From: an uncultured Nitrospira sp.
Lineage (GTDB): Bacteria > Nitrospirota > Nitrospiria > Nitrospirales > Nitrospiraceae
Assembly: GCA_964587955.1 (NCBI GenBank)
Contig: CAZPNQ010000003.1
Location: 41,947-105,946, forward strand
Length of the DNA: 64,000 bases
Direction: 5' to 3'
Shown here: piece by piece, positions 1-8,547 of the stretch
Numbering within the stretch: position 1 is the stretch's first letter
How the letters are laid out: every line of letters starts with the position of its first letter
Notes under the pieces: model-generated
Told to the model about the DNA's origin: nothing
Seen by the model: the letters and a program-made list of their open reading frames with translations, nothing else
Database searches by the model: none
Position numbers and translations under genes: made by a program

Positions 1-1186
1 CGAGCGCGGAAAATCCTGAAGGCTTGACGACGAAGTGGCGTTCTTTCTGGGTCGCCGACTCGAGCCCAGCCCAGTCCGCTACCGCGCGGTTCCCGACATG
101 GAGGCCGGGAATCGTCGCGATCGCAGGAAGCGGGGACGGATCGAGTAACCAGGTTTTCGGCATGATCGTACTCAAATGAAGCAGGCAGTTCAGTCCGAGT
201 TCCTTTTCCCAAAAGGGGCGCAAGATCGGATGATGGAGCAGCGCGAAGGCGGATTTTTCCTCCAGCGCAGGCTTGTAGGGAGGTGTGACGGAGACGGTGC
301 CTTTCTTGGCGGCATATTGGACGAGCTCGGCCTTGGGGATGTTCAACAAGTCGAACAGTTCATAAAAACGATAGATCACGCTGACTGCGTACTCGCTGCC
401 ATCCATGTGGAGACGGAGCCCGTCTTCTGTAAATTGAATCTCGCGTGGTTCGACGCACCACACGGATAATCCTCCTTCGCGGAGTTGAGCGGCCAGCCAG
501 GACATTTCGGGCCGATAATCCTTGGACTCTTCCGAAACCAGGATCGCAATGCATCCCTCGCGCTGATCTTGTAACGATCGCAGCATGCGAGCAAACCCCT
601 GCACCATCCCGTCCCGTCCGCCGATGATCTGAGAATGATGGTCATCCAGGTCGTGATACACGTGAGACAAACAAGCTGTGAGCCCGATGCCTCCCGGAAT
701 CGAATCCAGCTCGGTGATGACCATGCCGTCCTGTGTGGGAATCACATCGGGCCTGATGACGGCCGGCAGGGCATCGCGAAACCGTTTCATCCGGCTGTAC
801 TGCACCAACGCTTCGGGCTTGCCTTGATCGAGGTATTGCGTAACCCAGGCTGGGTGAATCCCTTTGACACTCTCGTTATAGAGCCGGTTCAGTCCTCTAT
901 AGAACGACAGCAGGTGTGGTCCCAAATCGCTGAAGAACTGCAATTGATCAGATGACAGGTAAAACGGGCAGGGACTGACTCGCCAGGAGATCGCCGCCTG
1001 CGATTCTGAAGCGGAACTCTGTGAAGGTAACGCCGGTGAAGTTCCAAAGAGGTGAGCGCCGCACAACTGCTCGCGAATGGTCTGGCAGTAGCTGCGTGCG
1101 GTTTCAGGAGAGAGTTCCGGACAGGAAGTTTCGGTCTGTGCCAACGAGAAATCCTCAGCTCGCGTTCCAACATGCGAAAGCGGCAT
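1..1186 (-). CDS. Conserved hypothetical protein, ATP-grasp / glutathionylspermidine-synthase-like (runs off the window start)
   Basis: Absent from the ORF track because its stop lies outside the window. Manual translation is open from ATG 1186 (alternative 1216) to base 1: ...IRPDVIPTQDGMVITELDSIPGGIG...VIYRFYELFDLLNIPK...ALEEKSAFALLHHP...MPKTWLLDP...FVVKPSGFS. The RxD..., ELD-S-PGG and VVKP motifs resemble circularly permuted ATP-grasp ligases. Confidence 0.75.
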   Translation of the reverse strand, partial: MPLSHVGTRAEDFSLAQTETSCPELSPETARSYCQTIREQLCGAHLFGTSPALPSQSSASESQAAISWRVSPCPFYLSSDQLQFFSDLGPHLLSFYRGLNRLYNESVKGIHPAWVTQYLDQGKPEALVQYSRMKRFRDALPAVIRPDVIPTQDGMVITELDSIPGGIGLTACLSHVYHDLDDHHSQIIGGRDGMVQGFARMLRSLQDQREGCIAILVSEESKDYRPEMSWLAAQLREGGLSVWCVEPREIQFTEDGLRLHMDGSEYAVSVIYRFYELFDLLNIPKAELVQYAAKKGTVSVTPPYKPALEEKSAFALLHHPILRPFWEKELGLNCLLHLSTIMPKTWLLDPSPLPAIATIPGLHVGNRAVADWAGLESATQKERHFVVKPSGFSAL

Positions 1187-1349
1187 CAGCTGATGAAAAA
1201 GATGCAATGCTAACATGCATGTCGGATACCGACAAGAGGCCAGCAGGCCGTTGGATGGGTGCAAGGATGAGCGATGCGGACGATCGGGAGGTGATCGGAA
1301 GCGAACCTTCCTTGCTACCGTTCCTCATGCATCGTATGATTGGGATTCG

Positions 1350-2840
1350 ATGGACCTCATTACAGTGGATTCCAAACAATCGATGAGGGGTCTGCCTCAG
1401 CTGATCCCGGGTTCAGCATGTTTCCGTTGCGATGTGTGTTGTCGCTTTCCGGAAGCCGACAGCTTTCTTCGTCCATACTTTACACGCCTGGAAATCAGCG
1501 CCGCCGTGGCACACGGAGTTCCCGATTCGTTCTTTTCCGAGAAGTCCGGCTCGCAGGTCGACCTTATCAAGAACCCGATCGGCGATGGGTATCTCTGCCC
1601 GGCGTTTGACTCGAATTCAGGCCGGTGCGGAATTTATGACGTTCGCCCATTGGATTGTCAGCTCTACCCGCTGGCGTTGATGTGGGATGCGCCGGGCCGG
1701 GAAGTCCTGCTTGGCTGGGATTCCAAGTGTCCATTCATGCGCGATGCGCCTGCAAGTGCAATTCGCGAGTACGGAGACCGGGTCGCGGCCATGCTTGTGG
1801 ATGAGGTGATCGTTGAGTCGATTGTGGCCCATCCCCGTCTCATTGGCCGCTTTCAGGACGATGTCGTCGTTCTTCAGTCACTTCCGCACCTTACGATTCG
1901 GCTTGTTCCTGAGCGAATTGATACTCGTCTTCGTCCGCTGACGGTGTCCGATGCGCCGTGCTTCGCGAAGGCGCTCGATCGTGCTCATGCGAGCGGCCAT
2001 GACAGGCCGGCCGCATTTGCGTTTCCCTACCATTATATATGGACCGCACTGCTTCCCCACTGGTGGATGGAAACCGATCACACGTTGTTTCTTTTTGCAA
2101 AGTCTCCGGACGGGTGGTTCATGCCGCTCCCACCGCTCGGACCCGGACCTTTGGAGATGGCAGTACAGCAAGCCTTCGCGCTGATGCGGACGTGGAACGG
2201 GCCGTCACCGGTGAGCCGAATAGAAAACGTCACGGAGTCACAAAGACAATTGCTGGAATGCGATGGGATTCAATTCCGTCCGAAGGAGGGGGACTATCTC
2301 TACTCCGCCGGAACTCTTGCTGCCTTGGCAGGAGACCGGTATAAATCCCAACGGGCGCTTTGCAATCGAGCCGCCAGAGAACAGACGATCACCAAAGAAC
2401 CCTATCGTACCGTCTATCATGCCGACTGCGTACTCTTGTATCGGCGATGGGCGGAGCAGAAACGCCAAGGCGATCTCGACCCAATGGGGAAGCTGCTTCT
2501 GGAGGATGCAGAATGTGCCCACACGCTCGTCTTTCATGAGCATGAGCGGATCGGCTTGTCCGGTGTCGTCGTCAGAGTGAACGGTGACATCGTCGCGTAT
2601 ACCTTCGGTTACTGGTTGACTCCTCAAACCTGGTGCATCCTATTAGAGGTCGCGGACCGTTCCATCCCCGGTCTGGCTCAGTGGCTCTTCCGCGAAACCT
2701 GTCGAACTGCCATGGCGCAAGGGGCGGTCTCCATCAACGCGATGGATGATGCGGGTCTTCCGGGGATACGTGCGGCCAAGTTGGCCTACCACCCGTCCGC
2801 GGTGTTGAACGCCTGGGTGATCACAAGGATGACCGCATGA
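1350..2840 (+). CDS. YkgJ/CxxCxxCC cysteine-cluster domain fused to DUF2156 (tRNA-dependent aminoacyltransferase-like, GNAT fold)
   Basis: N-terminus has CFRCDVCC...CPAF...CGIYDVRPLDCQLYP. C-terminus has DYLY...L.G..YK..R...N and INAMDDAGLPGIRAAKLAYHP, typical of DUF2156. Start ATG 1350 or 1383. Confidence 0.8.
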   Translation: MDLITVDSKQSMRGLPQLIPGSACFRCDVCCRFPEADSFLRPYFTRLEISAAVAHGVPDSFFSEKSGSQVDLIKNPIGDGYLCPAFDSNSGRCGIYDVRPLDCQLYPLALMWDAPGREVLLGWDSKCPFMRDAPASAIREYGDRVAAMLVDEVIVESIVAHPRLIGRFQDDVVVLQSLPHLTIRLVPERIDTRLRPLTVSDAPCFAKALDRAHASGHDRPAAFAFPYHYIWTALLPHWWMETDHTLFLFAKSPDGWFMPLPPLGPGPLEMAVQQAFALMRTWNGPSPVSRIENVTESQRQLLECDGIQFRPKEGDYLYSAGTLAALAGDRYKSQRALCNRAAREQTITKEPYRTVYHADCVLLYRRWAEQKRQGDLDPMGKLLLEDAECAHTLVFHEHERIGLSGVVVRVNGDIVAYTFGYWLTPQTWCILLEVADRSIPGLAQWLFRETCRTAMAQGAVSINAMDDAGLPGIRAAKLAYHPSAVLNAWVITRMTA

Positions 2841-5149
2841 CTCAACCGGAAGAGCGAACCGCTTCAACAGCCCGCAAATACGAGTGGTTGACGTTCATGA
2901 TGGTCTTGATCACCCTGTTTACACTGGGTGTGGGGACCTTCTTGCTCGGCCATGTTGAGCGCAGCATCGTGGCTGCCGTTTGGCTCCCTCTGCTGGTGTT
3001 GCTGTTGTGGTCGACGAGTCGATTGCGGGCGGAATATCGCCAAGCCCAACAGGAAAGCGCCTGGGCGCGAGCCGCGGAGGCCGCGTTACTGCAAAGCCAG
3101 GAACGCAATCGAGCGATCGTCGATACGGCGCTCGATGGAGTCATCACCATCGATGCCGTCGGAATCGTGACCGAATGGAATGCCCAAGCGACAGCGATCT
3201 TTGGGTGGACTCGCGAAGAGACGATGGGAAGATTGCTTTCCGACACCATCATTCCCGAGCGTGATGGGGAGGCGCACGCGCAAGGGATTCGAGAGTATCT
3301 CAAGACCGGCATCGGCCCGGTGCTGAATCGCCGGATCGAGATCGCTGCGCGGCACAAAGACGGTCACGAGTTTCCAGTCGAGCTTGCCGTTTCGCCGGCG
3401 CGTATCGGCGAAGCATATATCTTCAGTGCGTTTGTGCGCGACATTACGGATCGCCGCCGGGCCGAACGGCGGCTGGCCTCCCAATATGCGGTGACGCGCG
3501 TCCTATCGGAAGCCGTCAGGCTCGAAGAAGCGGTGCCGAAGATCATTCAAGGGGTGGGCGAAAGTCTCGAATGGGATCTCGGTGTATTTTGGAGACTGGA
3601 TAAGCAATCGGGAACGTTACGGTGCGTTGATCACTGGCGAACAGCAACGTTTGCCGTCGATGAGTTTATAGAGCAGATCCAGCATCAGACCTTTAGATCC
3701 GGCGTGGGATTGCCCGGCCGAATTTGGGAAAGCGGGCAGCCGGTATGGATTAGAGACGTGACGCTCGATCCCGCCTTTCCTCGAGCGAATTTGGCCGCCC
3801 AAACCGGCCTTCATGGGGCGTTTGGGTTTCCGATTCGTATCGGTGGTGAGATCGAAGGCGTCATTGAATTCTTTAGTCATCAGGTGCGCGAGCCGGATGG
3901 TGAGTTGCTCAGCATGATTGCCGATGTCGCCCTGAAAATCGGACAATTCGGCGAACGCGCCAGAGCCGAAGAGGCGTTGCGTCTGACGGAGGCGCAACTG
4001 CGTCAATCGCAAAAGATGGAGGCTGTGGGGCGGCTTGCCGGTGGCGTTGCCCATGATTTTAACAATCTGCTGACGGTCATTCGTGGATACAGTGAGTTGA
4101 TCCTGAGCCGCTTGGCGCCGGCGGATCCCTCTCGACGTGAGATGGAAGAAGTCAAAAAAGCCGCCGATCGAGCCGCCGACCTGACCAGCCAACTGTTGGC
4201 GTTCAGCCGACGGCAATTCGTGGCCACGAAGATCGTAGATCTCAATTCGATCGTCATGAATATGGACGGGATGCTGAGGCGGTTGATCGGTGAGGATATC
4301 ATTGAACTCTGTGCCGACCTTGATCCACAGTTGAGGCCGATCAAAGCCGATCCGGGGCAGATCGAGCAGGTGATCATGAATCTGGCCGTGAACGCTCGGG
4401 ATGCCATGCCGACAGGTGGCCAGCTCACGGTCCAGACTCGAAACGTCGTCATCGGAAAAGGCCCTCGACGTGAAACCATGATGCTCGATGAGGGAACCTA
4501 CGTGCTTCTGGCGATCAGGGATACCGGCCATGGGATGAGTGAAGAAACTCAATCCCATGTGTTCGAGCCGTTTTTTACCACGAAAGAAAAAGGGAAGGGG
4601 ACGGGTCTAGGGTTGTCTACCGTCTACGGTATCGTGAAGCAAAGCGGTGGAACGATCGGGATCGAGAGCAAACCCGGACGGGGAACCACGTGCAAGATCT
4701 TTTTCCCCAAAGTGGATGCAACGGCGCAAGCTGTACCGGTTGCCGGCGGAACAGTCGGCAGAGCGATCGGGCGAGAAACCATACTCGTGGTTGAGGACGA
4801 CCCGTCGGTGCGTGGACTCGTGCAAGAAGCGCTTCGTCTCAGTGGGTACGAGGTGTTGGTTGCCCGTCACGGCATCGAAGCGCTCCTGACCGGAGCCAAG
4901 CATCTGGGGCCAATTCATTTGTTGTTGACCGACGTGGCGATGCCGCAGATGAGCGGACCGGAGGTCGCGGAAAAACTGATCGTTGTGCGGCCGGAGATCA
5001 AGGTCTTGTACATGTCCGGTTACCCCGATCATCCGGTATTTGAACAGGGCGGCGTCAAACGGGACACGGCTTTTCTCCAGAAACCCTTCACGCCGAACTT
5101 GCTCACCCAAAAGGTCCGTGAGGTGCTCGACGGGAAGAAGGTAGCCTAG
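2837..5149 (+). CDS. Hybrid sensor histidine kinase (2 TM, PAS, GAF, HisKA, HATPase, REC)
   Basis: H-box [28 protein letters not shown]-terminal REC (LLLTDVAMP, FLQKPF). ATGA overlap with the upstream gene. Confidence 0.92.
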   Translation: MTQPEERTASTARKYEWLTFMMVLITLFTLGVGTFLLGHVERSIVAAVWLPLLVLLLWSTSRLRAEYRQAQQESAWARAAEAALLQSQERNRAIVDTALDGVITIDAVGIVTEWNAQATAIFGWTREETMGRLLSDTIIPERDGEAHAQGIREYLKTGIGPVLNRRIEIAARHKDGHEFPVELAVSPARIGEAYIFSAFVRDITDRRRAERRLASQYAVTRVLSEAVRLEEAVPKIIQGVGESLEWDLGVFWRLDKQSGTLRCVDHWRTATFAVDEFIEQIQHQTFRSGVGLPGRIWESGQPVWIRDVTLDPAFPRANLAAQTGLHGAFGFPIRIGGEIEGVIEFFSHQVREPDGELLSMIADVALKIGQFGERARAEEALRLTEAQLRQSQKMEAVGRLAGGVAHDFNNLLTVIRGYSELILSRLAPADPSRREMEEVKKAADRAADLTSQLLAFSRRQFVATKIVDLNSIVMNMDGMLRRLIGEDIIELCADLDPQLRPIKADPGQIEQVIMNLAVNARDAMPTGGQLTVQTRNVVIGKGPRRETMMLDEGTYVLLAIRDTGHGMSEETQSHVFEPFFTTKEKGKGTGLGLSTVYGIVKQSGGTIGIESKPGRGTTCKIFFPKVDATAQAVPVAGGTVGRAIGRETILVVEDDPSVRGLVQEALRLSGYEVLVARHGIEALLTGAKHLGPIHLLLTDVAMPQMSGPEVAEKLIVVRPEIKVLYMSGYPDHPVFEQGGVKRDTAFLQKPFTPNLLTQKVREVLDGKKVA

Positions 5150-5314
5150 CAGGATGCTGAAAAAGTCCGCCAAGTAGCGGAGGTTAAGGCCAAGGCTGAG
5201 GTTGAGCGAATCAAGCACCTCTCAGCTTTCGCTGCGGCCTTGCCCGAGGAGAGGCGCGTCTCGGCGCGCCGGGGTTGGGCGGGTGAGATCTGGACAGCCT
5301 TTTTGAGCATCCTG
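5150..5314. repeat. MITE/REP-like intergenic element with 16-bp terminal inverted repeats
   Basis: CAGGATGCTGAAAAAG (5150-5165) and CTTTTTGAGCATCCTG (5299-5314) match 15/16 as inverted repeats. Non-coding interior with small hairpins. A similar left end occurs at about 48835. Confidence 0.75.
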
Positions 5315-5452
5315 GATTTTTCCCAGCCCGCTAGAAGCGCTCTGATGGCTCATCGCTTGATCTTCGCCGTTTGTTCCGTTTATTGTGGCGACGATTGAAA
5401 TGTGCCGAGGTCGACCGAATCAATTTCGTGCCCCAACCAGGAACGAATCGTG

Positions 5453-6268
5453 ATGCAACAGGTACGGGAAGTCGATGTCGCCCAATATCGCATCCTGAAA
5501 GAGCCGTTTTACGCCGAAGTCGGCGGGGAAATCGGACTGTTCACCATTGCTGCCGAGAGAAAACTTCCGGTTATGCTGAAAGGGCCGACCGGATGCGGGA
5601 AAACCCGATTTGTTCAATACATGGCTTACAAGCTCGGCCGGCCGTTGATCACTGTCGCATGCCATGAGGATCTCACGGCGTCCGACTTGGTGGGCCGGTA
5701 TCTCCTGAAGGGGCAGGATACCGTATGGACGGATGGGCCCTTGACCCTCGGGGTCAAACATGGGGCCATTGTATATCTTGACGAAGTGGTGGAAGCCAGA
5801 AAGGACACGACCGTCATCATCCATCCCCTCAGCGACGACCGGCGGGTACTTCCGATCGAGAAAAAAGGCCAGATTGTGGAGGCGGCCGACCAGTTCATGC
5901 TGGTGATCTCTTACAACCCCGGCTATCAGAGCGTGCTTAAGGATCTGAAGCAAAGTACGAAGCAGCGATTCATGGCGATTGAATTCGATTACCCCGCGCC
6001 GGACATCGAAGCGATGGTGGTTCAGCGTGAGGCGGGGGTGGAGCCTGCGATCGCCGGAAGTCTCATCAAGCTCGGCCAAAAGGTCCGTAACCTGAGAAAC
6101 CATGGATTGGAGGAAGGCGTCAGCACCAGACTGTTGATCTACGCCGGTACTTTGATCAAGCAAGGCGTACCACCCGAGCGGGCCTGTGACGTTGCCGTCG
6201 CTCGTCCGATCACTGACGATTCGGACATGCAACGCGCGATACTCGAATTCGTCAAAGCGATCTTCTAA
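5453..6268 (+). CDS. CbbQ/NirQ/NorQ family MoxR AAA+ ATPase
   Basis: Walker [28 protein letters not shown], Walker [46 protein letters not shown]. Start ATG 5453 (GTG 5402/5450 possible). Confidence 0.92.
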   Translation: MQQVREVDVAQYRILKEPFYAEVGGEIGLFTIAAERKLPVMLKGPTGCGKTRFVQYMAYKLGRPLITVACHEDLTASDLVGRYLLKGQDTVWTDGPLTLGVKHGAIVYLDEVVEARKDTTVIIHPLSDDRRVLPIEKKGQIVEAADQFMLVISYNPGYQSVLKDLKQSTKQRFMAIEFDYPAPDIEAMVVQREAGVEPAIAGSLIKLGQKVRNLRNHGLEEGVSTRLLIYAGTLIKQGVPPERACDVAVARPITDDSDMQRAILEFVKAIF

Positions 6269-6271
6269 AGC

Positions 6272-6345
6272 AGGCTAAGGCTTGAGGCTGAGAAGAAATC
6301 GAAGAAGACCATTTTCTCGATTGCACTCGACCTCAACCTTAGCCT
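6272..6345. repeat. Imperfect inverted repeat built from GCTAAG/GTTGAG-type hexamers (REP-like or terminator)
   Basis: AGGCTAAGGCTTGAGG (6272-6287) pairs with CCTCAACCTTAGCCT (6331-6345) with one bulge. The same hexamer vocabulary occurs inside the 5150-5314 element. Confidence 0.6.
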
Positions 6346-6372
6346 TGTCCTAACTCCTACCGGAATGCCGAT

Positions 6373-6801
6373 ATGCGAATAGGAGTGTGCGCCGTCCTCG
6401 CACTATCGATGTTCTCAGCCTGTTCCAGCGCACGTCCGGTGCTCTATCCCAATGCTCAGCTGCAGTCGGTGGGAAAAGATGGGGCCGACCGCGATATCGA
6501 AGCCTGCCGTCAGTTGGCGGAGTCGGCGGGCGCGGAGGAAAGTAGTGGGGGAAAAGGAAGGCATGTTGCGACGAATACCGCAGTCGGCGCTGGAGCCGGT
6601 GCCGCGAGTGGGGCGGTTGGGGGAGCGATTTTCGGAGGGGTGGGACGAGGATCGATGATCGGCGCGGCAAGCGGAGCGGTCTGGGGACTCTTGAGCGGAT
6701 TGTTCCATGCCGCCGGCCCTTCTCAGCCGAACCAGGCCTACACGAATTTCGTGAACCGGTGTTTGCAAGAGAAAGGATATGAAGTGACAGGCTGGCAGTG
6801 A
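6373..6801 (+). CDS. Glycine-zipper lipoprotein
   Basis: Lipobox FSAC, Gly/Ala-rich zipper, C-terminus CLQEKGYEVTGWQ. Confidence 0.8.
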   Translation: MRIGVCAVLALSMFSACSSARPVLYPNAQLQSVGKDGADRDIEACRQLAESAGAEESSGGKGRHVATNTAVGAGAGAASGAVGGAIFGGVGRGSMIGAASGAVWGLLSGLFHAAGPSQPNQAYTNFVNRCLQEKGYEVTGWQ

Positions 6802-6808
6802 AGGAGGT

Positions 6809-6903
6809 CAGAACGAATGGGTAGGTACTTGTGCTCGCTGTCCGCGCACGATCGGAATGTGCTCGGACAATGCGCGCAGTAAAGTACCTACCCATCCGTT
6901 CTG
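6809..6903. repeat. Long inverted repeat (22-bp arms) enclosing a repeated core motif
   Basis: CAGAACGAATGGGTAGGTACTT (6809-6830) versus AAGTACCTACCCATCCGTTCTG (6882-6903), 21/22 complementary. The core AATGTGCTCGGACAATGCG recurs at about 7090 and, degenerate, at about 6951. Confidence 0.75.
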
Positions 6904-7233
6904 CCAGAGAGATGAAAGAAGAGGGATTGATTAAAACTGCGATTATTCGGGTGCTCGATGCATGCGCGTAGAAGGAACTCCTCCCGTACGCAGCCCTAGA
7001 GATATAAAAATCAAAAAACAAGGAACAGTCATGGTTGGATGCGGGCGATCGAAACGACCGCGATGCCCAATCTGAGTGGTGAATAGAGGAATGTGCTCGG
7101 ATAATGCGAAGCGGAGTGCCCACCCATCTGCCAAACCAAACCTTTGAGGATGTGCACAATCGAAAAACCCTCGACATTTACTCTAAAGGATGAGAAGTGA
7201 AGAAACACAGAGAAGGCATCCTAGGAGACTTCA

Positions 7234-7662
7234 GTGGTCAATCGATTGTGGCCGGTTGGAATCGTGCTTTTTGTCACTATCACTGCCTGCGCCGGGCCAC
7301 AACCGATCCTACGGTCGAATAAACAACTCCACTTGTATGGCAAGCAGCAGGCTCAACAGGAGATCGAATCCTGCCGTAAGAAGGTTGAAAAGACCGGGGT
7401 GCGTCCAGGGACCAATCAAAGCGTGAACGCTGCAACCGGCGCGGTGCTCGGTATGACACTTGGCGGCGCGGTCGGCGCTTCGGCGGGAGTGGTGGGAGGA
7501 TTACCCGGAGTGGCCATCGGGGCCGCCGCCGGTAGCGGACTCGGATTGGTCGTTGGATTACTTGGGGGAACGTTCAAACCGCTGGAACCTGAACCACCTT
7601 ATGCCGATGCCGTCACAAGTTGTCTAAAGGAAAAAGGTTATGAAGTCAGCGGGTGGGAATAG
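7234..7662 (+). CDS. Glycine-zipper lipoprotein (paralog of 6373-6801)
   Basis: Lipobox ITAC, same 142 aa length, C-terminus CLKEKGYEVSGWE. Confidence 0.8.
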   Translation: MVNRLWPVGIVLFVTITACAGPQPILRSNKQLHLYGKQQAQQEIESCRKKVEKTGVRPGTNQSVNAATGAVLGMTLGGAVGASAGVVGGLPGVAIGAAAGSGLGLVVGLLGGTFKPLEPEPPYADAVTSCLKEKGYEVSGWE

Positions 7663-7861
7663 CGCCAATAGGTAATAGATCGAGGAAAGCCTACACCCGC
7701 ACCCCTGCCAGCACAATCGATAGTTTTCTAGAAGAGCCTTTGCTGTATCTGTCCCCTATCGACTTCCGCCACGCGCAATCAGTCCAGCTCTCTCGGATCA
7801 CCAACACCTACGTTCAGTAATAAGAGAGGGCTTTGGAAAGAGAATGGAAATTTCTCCATAG

Positions 7862-7902
7862 TTGACAACTCAGCAGGAAACTTATAACACTATATAAGTT
7901 TC
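7862..7902 (+). promoter_or_regulatory. sigma70-like promoter overlapped by a probable TetR operator
   Basis: TTGACA at 7862-7867. A perfect 10-bp inverted repeat GAAACTTATA-N6-TATAAGTTTC (7877-7902) covers the -10 region, just upstream of the TetR gene. Confidence 0.7.
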
Positions 7903-7923
7903 TTTGGTACTTATGCGGTCACT

Positions 7924-8547
7924 ATGAAGATGTCGATAGATAAAACCCTCTCTAGTCGTTTCACGGCCAATAGGGTCATTAGCGCCGCCAGAAAACAGTT
8001 TTTTACCCACGGATTCAGAACGGTCCGCATGGATGATATCGCCGCTGAACTTGGGATGAGCAAGAAAACCTTGTACGCGCATTTTCCCAGCAAGGCGGCA
8101 CTGGTCCAAGCAATCCTGCAGGAGAAGTTCTCGGAAGTCGAAGCGGAACTCAAGCATTTGAAATCGACTGATGGGCAGAACGTCGAGACGGCTCTCCGCA
8201 ACCTGCTGGATTGTGTGCAACGACATACAGCTGAAATTCAACCATCATTTGTGAGGGACATCGGTCGCGAGCTCCCCGAGCTGTTTCAGGTAATCGAAAC
8301 GCGTCGACGGAATTTGATCCGCCATCACTTTGGCGAACTATTCGAACAAGGCCAGAAGACCGGACTTATCAGAAACGATATTCCTGTTCATCTCATCATT
8401 GAGATCCTACTCGGGGCTGTCCAGACGATCATGAATCCTCCCAAATTGGCGGAACTCGGCTTGACGGTGGAAGCCGGATACGTGTCGATCATTCGAATTA
8501 TCCTTGATGGAGCACTACGCAGTCACCGCAATCGGGTGAACCGATGA
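7924..8547 (+). CDS. TetR/AcrR family transcriptional regulator
   Basis: HTH: F...GF.TVRMDDIAAELGMSKKTLYAHFPSK. Confidence 0.92.
   Translation: MKMSIDKTLSSRFTANRVISAARKQFFTHGFRTVRMDDIAAELGMSKKTLYAHFPSKAALVQAILQEKFSEVEAELKHLKSTDGQNVETALRNLLDCVQRHTAEIQPSFVRDIGRELPELFQVIETRRRNLIRHHFGELFEQGQKTGLIRNDIPVHLIIEILLGAVQTIMNPPKLAELGLTVEAGYVSIIRIILDGALRSHRNRVNR

Noticed and set aside
176..955. + strand ORFs 176-469 and 635-955
   Set aside because: They are antisense shadows, in the same codon register, of the real minus-strand gene at 1-1186.
3617..6232. Long minus-strand ORFs (313, 203 and 270 aa) opposite the kinase and the CbbQ gene
   Set aside because: Codon-bias shadows of well-supported + strand genes, with no recognisable motifs.
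6350..7177. 275-aa minus-strand ORF
   Set aside because: Arg/Ser/Pro-rich, overlaps a lipoprotein gene and non-coding repeats, and has no motifs.
6802..7233. Possible CRISPR array
   Set aside because: Only 2-3 degenerate copies, irregular spacing, and no cas genes.
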